From contig OZ024765.1 in assembly GCA_964016885.1 (NCBI GenBank), positions 12,834,001 to 12,898,000 of the forward strand: DNA of 64,000 nt, given 5' to 3'. The translations under genes were made by a program, and so were the position numbers. Shown here in pieces: positions 37,074-50,841 of the stretch. Source of the DNA: Eledone cirrhosa. Taxonomy: Eukaryota. The notes under the pieces were generated by a model. It was not told the origin of the DNA, made no database searches, and was given only the letters and a program-made list of their open reading frames with translations. The stretch's first letter is position 1, and each line of letters starts with the position of its first letter.

Positions 37074-37697
37074 TTGTGTTGTAGTAGTGCCAGTACTGTT
37101 TGTGTTGTAGTGGTTATATCACCAGTAGTAGTAGTTGTGGTAGTGCTGCTGCCAGTAGTAGTAGTAGTAGTAGTGTTGGTGCTGATGGTGGTGATGTCAC
37201 CAGTTGTAGTAGTGGTGGTAGTGGTGATGTCACCAGTTGCAGTAGTAGTAGTAGTAGTAGTGGTGGTGGTGGTAGTGGTGCTGTCACCAGTTGTAGTAGT
37301 AGTGCTGTCACCAGTTGCAGTAGTAGTAGTAGTGGTGGTGGTAGTGGTGCTGTCACCAGTAGTAGTAGTAGTAGTGGTGGTGGTAGTGGTGCTGTCACCA
37401 GTAGTAGTAGTAGTAGTGGTGGTGGTAGTGGTGCTGTCACCAGTTGTAGTAGTGGTGGTGGTAGTGGTGATGTCACCAGTTGTAGTAGTGGTAGTAGTAG
37501 TGGTGGTGGTAGTGGTGATGTCACCAGTTGTAGTAGTGGTGGTGGTAGTGGTGATGTCACCAGTTGTAGTAGTGGTAGTAGTAGTAGTGGCAATGGTGCT
37601 GACACCAGTTGTAGTAGTAGTGGTGTTGTCACCAGTTGTAGTAGTAGTAGTGGTGGTGGTGCTGTCAGCAGTTGTAGTAGTAGTAGTAGTAGTAGTA
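37074..37697. repeat. (TAG/TGG)n-based minisatellite punctuated by gtcaccag
   Basis: Direct reading; related trinucleotide tracts at 1840-2126, 6068-6305 and 12205-12600. Confidence 0.9.
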
Positions 37698-37966
37698 GGT
37701 ATTTTCATTGCCAATTGGAATGTCAAATAAATTGCATCTCCAAACTGTTATAAATAATATATATTATACAATATATATGTGTGTGTATATATATATATAT
37801 ATATATAGGTATGTGTGGAGTGTATATATGTATATATACACTCCACACATACATATATATATATACACAGACACATGTATATGTGTATATGTATGTGTAT
37901 ATATATATATAGGTATGTGTGCAGTGTATATATATGTATGCATATATACACACACACACACATATA

Positions 37967-38002
<36 letters not shown>

Positions 38003-38599
38003 CACAGACACATGTATATGTGTGTGTGTGTGTAAATAAAATAAAAAATAATAGGAACACAAATTAGTTTTGGTTCCATTAAATTATTTACGAGATTAAT
38101 GAGCTGTATGAAGTGGTGAATGGACTCCCTGGAGAGACAGCTAAGTCTGCAAACCACTTTAAATAATCTGTTGTTATTTCACCCTTTTGATACTAAACTG
38201 GTTCTATGATACAAAGCCAGATTTATATTGTAACCTTCCACCATAATTTTATGTCAGAAATTTTCCCTTTTTAAGTCATGTTTCAAGCACCATGTTTTAG
38301 GCACCGTGTTTAAGGCACAAGGCCAGCAATTATCCCAGTGCATTACTGGTACTTTATTTTATCGACCCCGTAAGGATGAAAAGCAAAGTTAAGCTCGGCG
38401 GGATTTGAACTCAGACCATAAAGGGATGTAGCTATGCTGGAAAGCATGGTGTCCGACCCTCTACCAATACTGCCAATCCACCAGCTTAATAATCGTTTCT
38501 GTTTTAGGCACAAGGTTAACAATTTTGGTGGGACAGGAAAGTCGATTAACCCTAGCCAAAACTGGCCAGAATTCTCTACCTTTTTCTGTTGAAACTGGT

Positions 38600-39085
38600 A
38601 ACTGGGTACTTTTTGTTGTGACACCTACACAACCACTTTACAGTGTGGGCTGGATGCTTTTTGTTGTGACACCTACATGACCACTTTACAGTGTGTGTTG
38701 GTTGCTTTTTGTTGTGACACCTACTTGACCACTTTACAGTGTGGGCTGGATGCTTTTTGTTGTGACACCTACATGACCACTTTACAGTGTGTGTTGGTTG
38801 CTTTTTGTTGTGACACCTACTCGACCACTTTACAGTGTGGGCTGGGTGCTTTTTGTTGTGACACCTACACGACCACTTTACAGTGTGGGCTGGGTGCTTT
38901 TTGTTGTGACACCTACACAACCACTTTACAGTGTGGACTGGGCGCTTTTTGTCATTACACTTACATGACCACTTTACAGTGTGGGCTGGGTGCTTTTTCT
39001 CATGTCACCATCATGACCACTTTACAGTGTGGGCTGGGTACTTTTTGTCGTGTCACCTACATGACCACTTTACAGTGTGGGCTGG
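38600..39085. repeat. 48-bp tandem array (~10 copies), SINE-derived
   Basis: Unit accactttacagtgtgggctgggtgctttttgttgtgacacctacatg. Confidence 0.9.
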
Positions 39086-39592
39086 AGATTTAGTGGTAAG
39101 AGTGTGAGGATTATAGGCATATTTACAATATTTAACTTAAAACTTTTAATCAAATTTCCATTCAGTTTCTTTTCTTTTTTTTTCTTTTGTATTTTTTGTA
39201 TTTTTTGGTGGGGAGAGTACTTTTAATTTTTTTTTTTTTAATATATTTGTATTTATTTTATTGTTGTTCATTTTCTTTTGCTTTTCTTTTTGTTTATCTA
39301 TTTAACTAACACCCCTTCTCTCTTTCCTTTTATTTTATTTTTGTTTCGAGAGGGTATTTTTAATTTGTTTTTATTATTATTATTTTTGTTTTGTTTTTGT
39401 TGTTATTGTTTTATTTTTTGTTTTCCTATTTACTAACACTCCTTCTTTCTCTTTTTTCTCTTCCTAATTACAATTCCAGTTGTTGGTGTTTGGTAAACAA
39501 GAAGACCACATCCTTCTCTGCTTCATTATCTTTTTTACTACTACTACTACTACTACTACTATTATTACTATAATTACTATTAACTCCACAAC

Positions 39593-40000
39593 ATGAAGAA
39601 GTGCCACAGCGTAGACCAGCAGTACAGGGGTCGAGGTGGCGTTGTCTTACGCATGGCATTGCAGAGAAGCCAGAGTGAAAACCACAACGATAGTGACAGC
39701 TTTGGTGGCAGTGGTGATGGCTTGATGGAAAACGCAGACTTCCATTCTTGCATGCTGCTGCCGTACGACGAAGAAATTGCAGAGATGAAGAGATCCGTGG
39801 AAAAGATCCTGGGTGAGGTGAAATCCGAGTACCACGAACCCCTGGCGTTGGAAACTGACTTGCGGAGTTTCGAGGAACCACTTCTTCGGTTGAGAACTTT
39901 CTTGGAGAATAACCAGGACCCTCCCAATAGTTCAGCTCCTGCAGTCAATGGACCTTGTAAGGACCCTATACAGGCACTGAGGGCATTTCTTGATCGTTAA
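39593..40000 (+). CDS. Hypothetical 135-aa protein (family not recognised)
   Basis: Non-repetitive, GC-elevated ORF; strong acceptor upstream (TACTAAC 39431-39437, pyrimidine tract, CAG ending 39479); CAACATG start with an in-frame TAA 12 nt upstream. Confidence 0.65.
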   Translation: MKKCHSVDQQYRGRGGVVLRMALQRSQSENHNDSDSFGGSGDGLMENADFHSCMLLPYDEEIAEMKRSVEKILGEVKSEYHEPLALETDLRSFEEPLLRLRTFLENNQDPPNSSAPAVNGPCKDPIQALRAFLDR

Positions 40001-40019
40001 AGTGCTTGATGTTGCCTAG

Positions 40020-41100
40020 ACAGATGGATGGATGTATGGATGGATGTATGGATGGATGTATGTATGGATGGATGTATGGATGGATGTATGGATGGATGTA
40101 TGGATGGATGTATGGATGGACAGACAGATGGATGTATGGATGGATAGACAGATGGATGTATGGATGGACAGACAGATGGATGTATGGATGGATAGACAGA
40201 TGGATGTATGGATGGATAGACAGATGGATGTATGGATGGATAGACAGATGGATGTATGGATGGACAGACAGATGGATGTATGGACAGACAGATGGATGTA
40301 TGGATGGATAGACAGATGGATGTATGAATGGATAGACAGATGGATGTATGGATGGACAGATGGATGTATGGATGGATAGACAGATGGATGTATGGATGGA
40401 TAGACAGATGGATGTATGGATGGATAGACAGATGGATGTATGGACAGACAGATGGATGTATGGATGGATAGACAGATGGATGTATGGATGGATAGACAGA
40501 TGGATGTATGGATGGATAGACAGATGGATGTATGGATGGATAGACAGATGGATGTATGGATGGATAGATGTATGGATGGATAGACAGATGGATGTATGGA
40601 TGGATAGACAGATGGATGTATGGACAGACAGATGGATGTATGGATGGATAGACAGATGGATGTATGGATGGATAGACAGATGGATGTATGGATGGATAGA
40701 CAGATGGATGTATGGATGGATAGATGTATGGATGGACAGACGGATGTATGGATGGATAGACAGACGGATGTATGGATGGACAGATGGATGTATGGATGGA
40801 TAGACAGATGGATGTATGGATGGATAGACATGGATGTATGGATGGATAGACAGATGGATGTATGAATGGATAGACAGATGGATGTATGGATGGACAGATG
40901 GATGTATGGATGGATAGACAGATGGATGTATGGATGGACAGATGGATGTATGGATGGATAGACATGGATGTATGGATGGATAGACAGATGGATGTATGAA
41001 TGGATAGACAGATGGATGTATGGATGGATAGACAGATGGATGTATGGATGGACAGACGGATGTATGGATGGATGGTTAGACAGAGGGACGTATGGACAGA
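40020..41100. repeat. Compound GATG/GACA minisatellite
   Basis: gatggatgtatggatggatagaca repeated, directly after the orphan ORF. Confidence 0.95.
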
Positions 41101-41428
41101 CAAGCAGATGGGTGGACAGACAGACAGATGGATGAAGGAAGAGATAGACAGATTTTGAATGGAAGGATGGATGGACAGTTGGATAAACAGACAGGTAGAT
41201 AGAGAGACATACAGACAGACAGATTGATTATTTTATTTTTGATTGTTCATCTTTTGTATTGTATTTCATTTATTGATTCACTTTGAACATCTAATTAAAT
41301 CATTTGAGGTTAATGTTGTTGTTGTTGTTGATATTATATGGTGTAACGTATTGACCCATTTGATATCAAAGTAACCCCAGTATAATAATGATGACAGGGT
41401 ATAAATGCTACAAGAAAATTAATAATCT

Positions 41429-41509
<81 letters not shown>

Positions 41510-42112
41510 TGATCTAAAACTGTATGCTGCAAATGGACAACTCAAAACACTGCAACATAAAGTACATGGATTCACAAAAGAAATATGAATGGAATTTGGA
41601 CTAGAAGAATGTGCCAAGGCAACTCTGAAGAGAGAAAAACTAGTGAAAATACACAAATATAATGCTAGAGATGGGTTAGGCTCTTCATATCAGTGCCATC
41701 TAGTGATGGACTCCAACTGGCCTCTTCGCATAGTGGTGCCATCCAACACCAAGCTCGCAAACTGTGACCCCGCATCTGTTTCTCATCATCCAGTTACCGG
41801 GCCCCCAAAATGGGGACTATGCTGTGAGATTGGTCAGGCTCCTTGTATCAGTGCCATCCAATACTGGGCTCCAAAACTGTGGTTCTGTTGTGAGACGGGT
41901 TTGGCGCGGCCAACTGGCCTGTCCCTCATGACGGAGCCATCCAGTTCCACACTGTAACCATGGTTGGTGTTCGGAAGGGCATCCAGCTGTAAAATACCCA
42001 GCCAAATTTACAGTCCTCGCCAGAGTACGGTGCGACACACGGCCAGACTTGCCTCTCAACAGGATCACCTGTCTAACCCATGCAAGCATGGAAGAATTGA
42101 TGCTAAACGGAA

Positions 42113-42145
<33 letters not shown>

Positions 42146-42624
42146 TATAATCAACGGCTGATTGGTTAGAGAATTGGATTCGCAATCGTGAGGTTGTGAG
42201 TTCGATACCCAGACCGGGTGATGCGTTATGTCCTTGAGCAAGACACTTTATTTCATGTTACTCCTTCTGCCTGGAGTTGCGACCGACAGATAGTATTAGC
42301 AGTTGGAAAGACCAATGGAGGCATTGTTTCCTCAGTCCAATTTGACAACCTTGCACTCCACTCATTAAGCAAATGGGGTCAATCTTGTCAATCGACTGTT
42401 GATATATATGTATATATATACATCCCAAAACATATTATTCCTCACCCCTTGCTGTGCTATAATGCCACCCAATGACAAACAATGCAGTGTTATATAGTAC
42501 ATGGCCATGTATAATAACGAACATGGAGGCTAATGCGGTTTGTTATTCAATCCAGCAATAAATCTGTATATTCAGTGATTAAATATACTATGAAATAAAA
42601 TGTAACATATACATGCATGCATAC

Positions 42625-42655
<31 letters not shown>

Positions 42656-42711
42656 TACATACATATATATATATACCTACATACACACACACACACATAT
42701 ATATACATATG

Positions 42712-42791
<80 letters not shown>

Positions 42792-42841
42792 CACACACAC
42801 ATGCATACATATATATATGTGCACACATTATATATATATAT

Positions 42842-42898
<57 letters not shown>

Positions 42899-42903
42899 TA
42901 TGC

Positions 42904-43194
<291 letters not shown>

Positions 43195-43376
43195 TGCATA
43201 TATATATATATATATAATAAAATTTCAGGTTATCAATAATGTAGTGATAATATATCGTTACGTTAGAGATGAACAGCGTACGTGCAGGTTTGCTCAACGA
43301 GTATAAATTATATTCCGGAGAAATGTAGAAAGGATGAATATAAAATGAAAGTGCTTTTGTTAAAAAAGGAATTTTA

Positions 43377-43430
<54 letters not shown>

Positions 43431-43431
43431 C

Positions 43432-43514
<83 letters not shown>

Positions 43515-43530
43515 CATATATATATATACA

Positions 43531-43895
43531 TATCATCATCATCAACGTTTAACGTCCGTGTTCCACGCTTGCATGGGTTTGGACGGGGGTAGTCCCACTT
43601 GAGGCAAGAGTGATTGTCTTGCTCGCATAGGACTGTCTGGCAGGTTTTCTACAGTTGGATGCCCTTCCTAACACCAACCACATTTACAGTGTGGGTCTGG
43701 GAGGTTTTTACCGTGTTGCCTACACGGCCACATTACAGCGTGGACTGTGTGTTTTTTGTCGTGACACCTACACGATCTCATTTGTTTCGGCCTCGATGGC
43801 GCGGCACCAACATAACTTTACATAGAACGGGGTGGTGTGGATCGGGTGGGGGTGGGGGTGGTGGGACGGGGTGTATTTTGTTAGAGATGCCTACT
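43531..43895 (-). mobile_element. SINE-like retroposon body with (ATG)n tail
   Basis: Core ctggatgcccttcctaacaccaacc...tttacagtgtg; related copies at about 4570-4850, 13240-13525, 18260-18575, 19940-20185, 25098-25342, 31905-32297, 41930-42145 and 63808-64000. Confidence 0.8.
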
Positions 43896-43920
43896 GGCTG
43901 GAGTAGGTTTTACTATATAT

Positions 43921-45013
43921 TTAGGTAAGGCGGGTCTTCTCTGTTACTGAGTACCGCCAAAGGTCTCGGTCCAGTGACATTGTCTTGGAGAGGTGTAAGT
44001 GTGTGATGTCGGAGTTTATCAGCTCGTCCCAGGTTTTTCTAGGTCTGCCTATTCCGTGACTACCGTCTATCTTTATTGCCCTGCACTTTGTTATACAGCT
44101 ATCGACTTTCATGCGCATCACGTGTCCATACCAACGTAGCCTTCTCTCGAGTAAACAACATCTGATCCCTCTTATCTCTAATTTTTTCCTTAGTTCGTTT
44201 ATGCTTTGCCGTTCACGTATATTACTGTTACACATCCAGCGGAGCATGCAAGCTTCGTTCCTCTCTAGTCTGCGTATATCCTCTGCACACAATGCCCAGG
44301 TCTCACTGCCATGCAGCATTGTTGTTCGTATGCAGGCATCGTACAACCTGCCTTTCATTTTTAGTGAGAACCCTTTAGCAGCTAATAGTGGTATAAGCTC
44401 TCTGAACTTTTTCCAACCAGTTCTGACTCTAGCTACAGTACTTTCAGAGCACCCTCCCCCACTGCTGATTTTATCGCCCAGGTAACGGAAGCTGTCCACT
44501 ATTTCTATAGAACCCTCTGCGCAATTGAAAGAGCTAGTATTTTGTGGGCACTTGCTGCTACTTATTGCACCAGAGCACCGGCCACATGTAAAATCTATGT
44601 TCTTAGTTAGCTTACCTGTGATCCCACTACATCTTTTATGCACCCATACTTTGCATTTAGGACATAAAATGGAGTTTCTACCTACGCCTTTCCTACACAC
44701 CGAGCACGACCATTTCCCAGAAGGGACCGCCGCCTTGTTTTCTTTCCTACAAACTAGTACTTTGGTCTTAGCCAGGTTAATTTTAAGTCCTTTTGACTCT
44801 AGGCCGTGCTTCCATGTTTGGAATTTCTTCTCTAGCTCGGCCATTGATTCCGCTATGAGTGTCAGGTCGTCTGCGTATAGGAGTTCCCATGGGCAGCCTG
44901 TCTTGAACTCCTCTGTTATAGCCTGAAGGGCAATAATAAATAGTAGTGGGCTGAGAACAGAGCCCTGATGGACGCTAACTTTTACGCTAAACTCTTCACT
45001 ATATTCGTTGTTA

Positions 45014-45017
<4 letters not shown>
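43921..45017 (-). mobile_element. RTE-clade LINE, 5'-truncated, with an uninterrupted RT C-terminal ORF
   Basis: HQGSVLSPLLF, LLYADDL, FRYLG, RRLRWYGHVMRM, GRPRKTW; Cys/His cluster inside the RT. Confidence 0.9.
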
Positions 45018-45052
<35 letters not shown>

Positions 45053-45084
45053 ATTATGTAATAAACAACATAAGGCAATTATTC

Positions 45085-45138
45085 CATTTACCAGTGGTTT
45101 CTTAAAAGCAAAAGGTTTTGCTTTCAATCCTCAGAATG
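45085..45138 (-). ncRNA. Hammerhead ribozyme motif, mirror copy in the inverted arm
   Basis: Reverse complement of 50788-50841. Confidence 0.8.
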
Positions 45139-45351
45139 AAAAATCCTGGTTTGTTTATTGAATATGGATTCTAAAAACGAAAATGCAATCTATATGAAAG
45201 TGAGGCTGGAAAAGGGAGAAGGAAAGGAAAAATAAAATAAAATAAAACTACACATGCAAACACACACAAAAAAACCCAAAAACCATACTTACACACACAC
45301 ACATATATACACATATAATTTGCACGCATACACATATACACATACACATAC

Positions 45352-45412
<61 letters not shown>

Positions 45413-45513
45413 CACATACATACACATATATATATATAAAGAGCGTACACCTACACACACATACACATATATATACACACATATACACATACATATATTC
45501 ATACATACACACG

Positions 45514-45551
<38 letters not shown>

Positions 45552-45638
45552 TATATATACACATGTACATATCCATACATATATATATATATATATATAC
45601 ATATATATACACATACATATACACACATATACACATAT

Positions 45639-45676
<38 letters not shown>

Positions 45677-46074
45677 GTGTGTACAAGCCTACACATACAC
45701 ACACACATATATATACACACACATATATACATACATTCACACAAACATACAACGTACATACATACACATACATGAATGCACTCCACTACATATTAACACA
45801 CGCAAATAAATATAAGAAAAAAATATATAAATAATATTAACAAATATTTGACAGCGATACATGCCCCAGCTAACAGGACAGACACGCGTGGTAAGTAATA
45901 CACACATAAGCGCATATACATACGTTCGAAATAGTAAACACATACACACACTCTCACACATAAATATACATATACAAATACATAAACACGTACATACACA
46001 TACATACGCAAACACGTACACGTATACAATATAAACACACACATGTATATGTAATTATATACACACACACACAC

Positions 46075-46131
<57 letters not shown>

Positions 46132-46412
46132 CAAAAATATAAAAATATAAACGCACACACACATATAAATACGTAAACACACATATACATACATAGCTAA
46201 ACAATTATACACATGCAAATACGTATATATCAAAAGAACGCACAACCAAATACAAACACACACACATATATACACACACACACACCCACACACAAACCCA
46301 CACATACATAAAAATAAATAAAAACACACGCAACATATACATACATACACGTACATATACATATATACATACATACATATACATATATATATATACACAC
46401 ATATATACACAA

Positions 46413-46446
<34 letters not shown>

Positions 46447-46590
46447 ACGTACACATACACACATGCATACACATACACACACACATATACATGTGTGTAT
46501 GTGTAAAGCTCAGTATTAGATAAGACAAATGAACCTTACATAAACGTATATATAGTAGTAAAGTAATAAAGCCATACAAGGCAATTAATC

Positions 46591-46644
46591 CATTCACCAG
46601 AGGTTTCTTAAAAGCAAAAAAAGTTTCCTTCAATCTTCAGAATG
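46591..46644 (-). ncRNA. Hammerhead-like motif, mirror of the proximal copy
   Basis: Reverse complement of 49286-49339. Confidence 0.65.
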
Positions 46645-47127
46645 AAATATACAAATATATACACACATACAGACACGCACACACACATATATATATATAT
46701 ACATATATATATACATGTACATATATATATATATATATATATACAGACATATATACATACACACATATACACACACATACACATACACACATACATACAC
46801 ATATATATACATACACAAACATATACGTACACATATACATATATACACACAAAAATACATACACATACACATAGGTATGTGAAGGGCAAAACAAAAAGAA
46901 TATATGGGGTGGGGGGGCCTAGAGGAGGTAAAAATATAAAGGGAGGTAAGGGAGAAAAAAAAATATATTTTATAAATACAAGAGTACAGAAGGTAGAAGC
47001 AGCAAAATAAAAGCCGTAGCAAAATTTTCAAACTAAACTTTCTCACGATATCTCTAATTTTAGAAATTCTACAAACACTTTTGTTCTTTCTGATAAAACC
47101 AAAAACCTCTTTGAAGTTAATAGTAAT

Positions 47128-48885
47128 TTGTATAACCAACTTTTAACTAATAGTATTACCAATAAATATCAATTAACTAATAATAATAGCTACAATACTA
47201 TCAATAAAGAAGCTAAAGAACTAGCTAGTTCTTTACAAATAGATAACCGGATTGAAAGCTTAGCTAAGCGTAAAGCATATATTACCCTTAAAGACCATAA
47301 ATTGGACTTTACTAATCGACCTAGTTGTAGACTGATTAACCCGGCTAAATCCGAGGTTGGCCTTGCTAGTAAGAAAATCTTAAGAAAAATAATTATCCAA
47401 ATTAGAACTAACACTGTCCTTTCACAGTGGCTAAATACTTCCTCTGTTATTTCTTGGTTCAATAATATACAAGGTAAAAATAAGTGTAGATTTACGCAAT
47501 TTGATATTGTCGATTTTTACCCTTCTATTACCGTTTCCTTATTAACTAAAGCCTTAGATTTTGCAAGACCCTTCATTAATATCTCCAAATTAGAAGAGGA
47601 CATTATCTTTCATGCCAGAAAAACTTTACTTTTTACTAATGATAAGATTTGGGTTAAAAAGTCAAACCCTGAAAACTCTTTCGATGTTGCAATGGGTTCT
47701 TATGACAGTGCGGATGTGTGCGACTTAGTAGGATTATTCCTTCTCCACACACTCAAAGAGAAATTTCCGTCCCATAATATCGGTTTATACCGTGATGACG
47801 GATTAGCAGTTTCTCATACCACCAATGGCCATAATCTTGATAAATTCCGTAAAGATTTAATTAGTACCTTTGCTAATCTTAACCTTAAAATTACTATAGA
47901 TACGAACCTTACTAATGCTAACTTTCTTGATATTAATCTTGATCTACTTACTGCCTCTTTTAAACCCTATCATAAACCTAATGAAAATCTTAGGTATATA
48001 CACAAAGAGTCTTGCCATCCCCCTATAGTTTTTAATAATCTTATTCCTAACATTAGCCGTAGGATTTCTACTTTATCTTCGTCTATAGACATTTTTAATA
48101 AAGCCGCCCCTTATTATAATAAAGCCCTTAAGAACAGCGGTTTTACAGAAAATATTTCTTATTTACCTATTCCCCCCCCTAAAACTAACCATAATAACAG
48201 GAAAAGGAAGATTATTTGGTTCACACCCCCCTTCTCTCTAAATGTCAAAACTAATGTAGGAAGGAAATTCCTTGAACTATTAGACAAACATTTTCCTCCT
48301 ATTCATAGATATTATAAGATTTTTAATAGGAATGTAGTTAAGATCAGCTACTCTTGTTGTCCATCCATGAAATCCAAAATCACCAGTTCAAACCGTACGA
48401 GGATAAATCCAGGATGCAGTTGCAGGAAGCCGGATGAATGCCCATTGCAGGGTAAATGTAAAACAAAATCTGTCGTTTATGAGGCTAAAATAACGCCAGT
48501 TATCAACAACCAGCCAGCCAGAAGCGAGCGATATGTCGGTATGACCCAGGACAGGTTTAAAACCAGATTTTACTCACATGTCGCTTCTTTTAAACACTCA
48601 GATAAACGAACATCAACGGCCCTCGCAAGTAAGGTATGGGATCTCAAGGATAGTAATATCCCGTACTCTATTGATTGGTCTATATTAGACCATTCGAGGG
48701 AGTACCAAAGGGGCACAAAGAATTGTTCTTTGTGTACCACAGAAAAGTATAGGATTTTGCTAAACTTGAGAGACACTTCCGCTTGCCTTAACTCTAAGAC
48801 TGAGATCTTCAGATGCTGTCCTCATCTGAAATCGCATCTGATCTGTAACTGGATTGACACTCCTACGATAAATCAACCGCCTTGA
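47128..48885 (+). CDS. PLE reverse transcriptase + C-terminal GIY-YIG endonuclease (N-terminally truncated)
   Basis: RT motifs QFDIVDFYPSI, AMGSYDSADVCDLVG, GLYRDDGL; linker CSCRKPDECPLQGKC; endonuclease VVY...YVG...RFKTRFYSH...CSLCTTEK...LN...CPH. The frame stays open back to the inversion junction at about 47025 (NFQTKLSHDI...SDKT), so the TTG start is not the real start. Confidence 0.93.
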   Translation: MYNQLLTNSITNKYQLTNNNSYNTINKEAKELASSLQIDNRIESLAKRKAYITLKDHKLDFTNRPSCRLINPAKSEVGLASKKILRKIIIQIRTNTVLSQWLNTSSVISWFNNIQGKNKCRFTQFDIVDFYPSITVSLLTKALDFARPFINISKLEEDIIFHARKTLLFTNDKIWVKKSNPENSFDVAMGSYDSADVCDLVGLFLLHTLKEKFPSHNIGLYRDDGLAVSHTTNGHNLDKFRKDLISTFANLNLKITIDTNLTNANFLDINLDLLTASFKPYHKPNENLRYIHKESCHPPIVFNNLIPNISRRISTLSSSIDIFNKAAPYYNKALKNSGFTENISYLPIPPPKTNHNNRKRKIIWFTPPFSLNVKTNVGRKFLELLDKHFPPIHRYYKIFNRNVVKISYSCCPSMKSKITSSNRTRINPGCSCRKPDECPLQGKCKTKSVVYEAKITPVINNQPARSERYVGMTQDRFKTRFYSHVASFKHSDKRTSTALASKVWDLKDSNIPYSIDWSILDHSREYQRGTKNCSLCTTEKYRILLNLRDTSACLNSKTEIFRCCPHLKSHLICNWIDTPTINQPP

Positions 48886-49285
48886 ACTCCTTCTCTGCTC
48901 TTTACTTTTGCTACGGCTTTTATTTTGCTGCTTCTACCTTCTGTACTCTTGTATTTATAAAATATATTTTTTTTTCTCCCTTACCTCCCTTTATATTTTT
49001 ACCTCCTCTAGGCCCCCCCACCCCATATATTCTTTTTGTTTTGCCCTTCACATACCTATGTGTATGTGTATGTATTTTTGTGTGTATATATGTATATGTG
49101 TACGTATATGTTTGTGTATGTATATATATGTGTATGTATGTGTGTATGTGTATGTGTGTGTATATGTGTGTATGTATATATGTCTGTATATATATATATA
49201 TATATATATGTACATGTATATATATATGTATATATATATATATGTGTGTGTGCGTGTCTGTATGTGTGTATATATTTGTATATTT

Positions 49286-49339
49286 CATTCTGAAGATTGA
49301 AGGAAACTTTTTTTGCTTTTAAGAAACCTCTGGTGAATG
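49286..49339 (+). ncRNA. Hammerhead-like motif (PLE, proximal copy; cleavage triplet ends in G)
   Basis: catt-CTGAAGA-stem-GAAA-cctctgg-TG-aatg; paralogue of 50788-50841. Confidence 0.7.
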
Positions 49340-49483
49340 GATTAATTGCCTTGTATGGCTTTATTACTTTACTACTATATATACGTTTATGTAAGGTTCA
49401 TTTGTCTTATCTAATACTGAGCTTTACACATACACACATGTATATGTGTGTGTGTATGTGTATGCATGTGTGTATGTGTACGT

Positions 49484-49517
<34 letters not shown>

Positions 49518-49798
49518 TTGTGTATATATGTGTGTATATATATATATGTATATGTATGTATGTATATATGTATATGTACGTGTATGTATGTATATGTTGC
49601 GTGTGTTTTTATTTATTTTTATGTATGTGTGGGTTTGTGTGTGGGTGTGTGTGTGTGTATATATGTGTGTGTGTTTGTATTTGGTTGTGCGTTCTTTTGA
49701 TATATACGTATTTGCATGTGTATAATTGTTTAGCTATGTATGTATATGTGTGTTTACGTATTTATATGTGTGTGTGCGTTTATATTTTTATATTTTTG

Positions 49799-49851
<53 letters not shown>

Positions 49852-50249
49852 GTGTGTGTGTGTGTATATAATTACATATACATGTGTGTGTTTATATTGT
49901 ATACGTGTACGTGTTTGCGTATGTATGTGTATGTACGTGTTTATGTATTTGTATATGTATATTTATGTGTGAGAGTGTGTGTATGTGTTTACTATTTCGA
50001 ACGTATGTATATGCGCTTATGTGTGTATTACTTACCACGCGTGTCTGTCCTGTTAGCTGGGGCATGTATCGCTGTCAAATATTTGTTAATATTATTTATA
50101 TATTTTTTTCTTATATTTATTTGCGTGTGTTAATATGTAGTGGAGTGCATTCATGTATGTGTATGTATGTACGTTGTATGTTTGTGTGAATGTATGTATA
50201 TATGTGTGTGTATATATATGTGTGTGTGTATGTGTAGGCTTGTACACAC

Positions 50250-50287
<38 letters not shown>

Positions 50288-50374
50288 ATATGTGTATATG
50301 TGTGTATATGTATGTGTATATATATGTATATATATATATATATATATGTATGGATATGTACATGTGTATATATA

Positions 50375-50412
<38 letters not shown>

Positions 50413-50513
50413 CGTGTGTATGTATGAATATATGTATGTGTATATGTGTGTATATATATGTGTATGTGTGTGTAGGTGTACGCTCTTTATATATATATAT
50501 GTGTATGTATGTG

Positions 50514-50574
<61 letters not shown>

Positions 50575-50787
50575 GTATGTGTATGTGTATATGTGTATGC
50601 GTGCAAATTATATGTGTATATATGTGTGTGTGTGTAAGTATGGTTTTTGGGTTTTTTTGTGTGTGTTTGCATGTGTAGTTTTATTTTATTTTATTTTTCC
50701 TTTCCTTCTCCCTTTTCCAGCCTCACTTTCATATAGATTGCATTTTCGTTTTTAGAATCCATATTCAATAAACAAACCAGGATTTTT

Positions 50788-50841
50788 CATTCTGAGGATT
50801 GAAAGCAAAACCTTTTGCTTTTAAGAAACCACTGGTAAATG
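50788..50841 (+). ncRNA. Minimal type I hammerhead ribozyme motif (PLE, distal copy)
   Basis: catt-CTGAGGA-ttgaaagcaaaa cc ttttgcttttaa-GAAA-ccactgg-TA-aatg: full core, three stems, near-palindromic stem III. Confidence 0.85.

Noticed and set aside
45018-45078. N-terminus [10 protein letters not shown] of track ORF 43921..45078
   Set aside because: It comes from the PLE inverted arm plus a TA run that happens to be in frame with the truncated LINE ORF.
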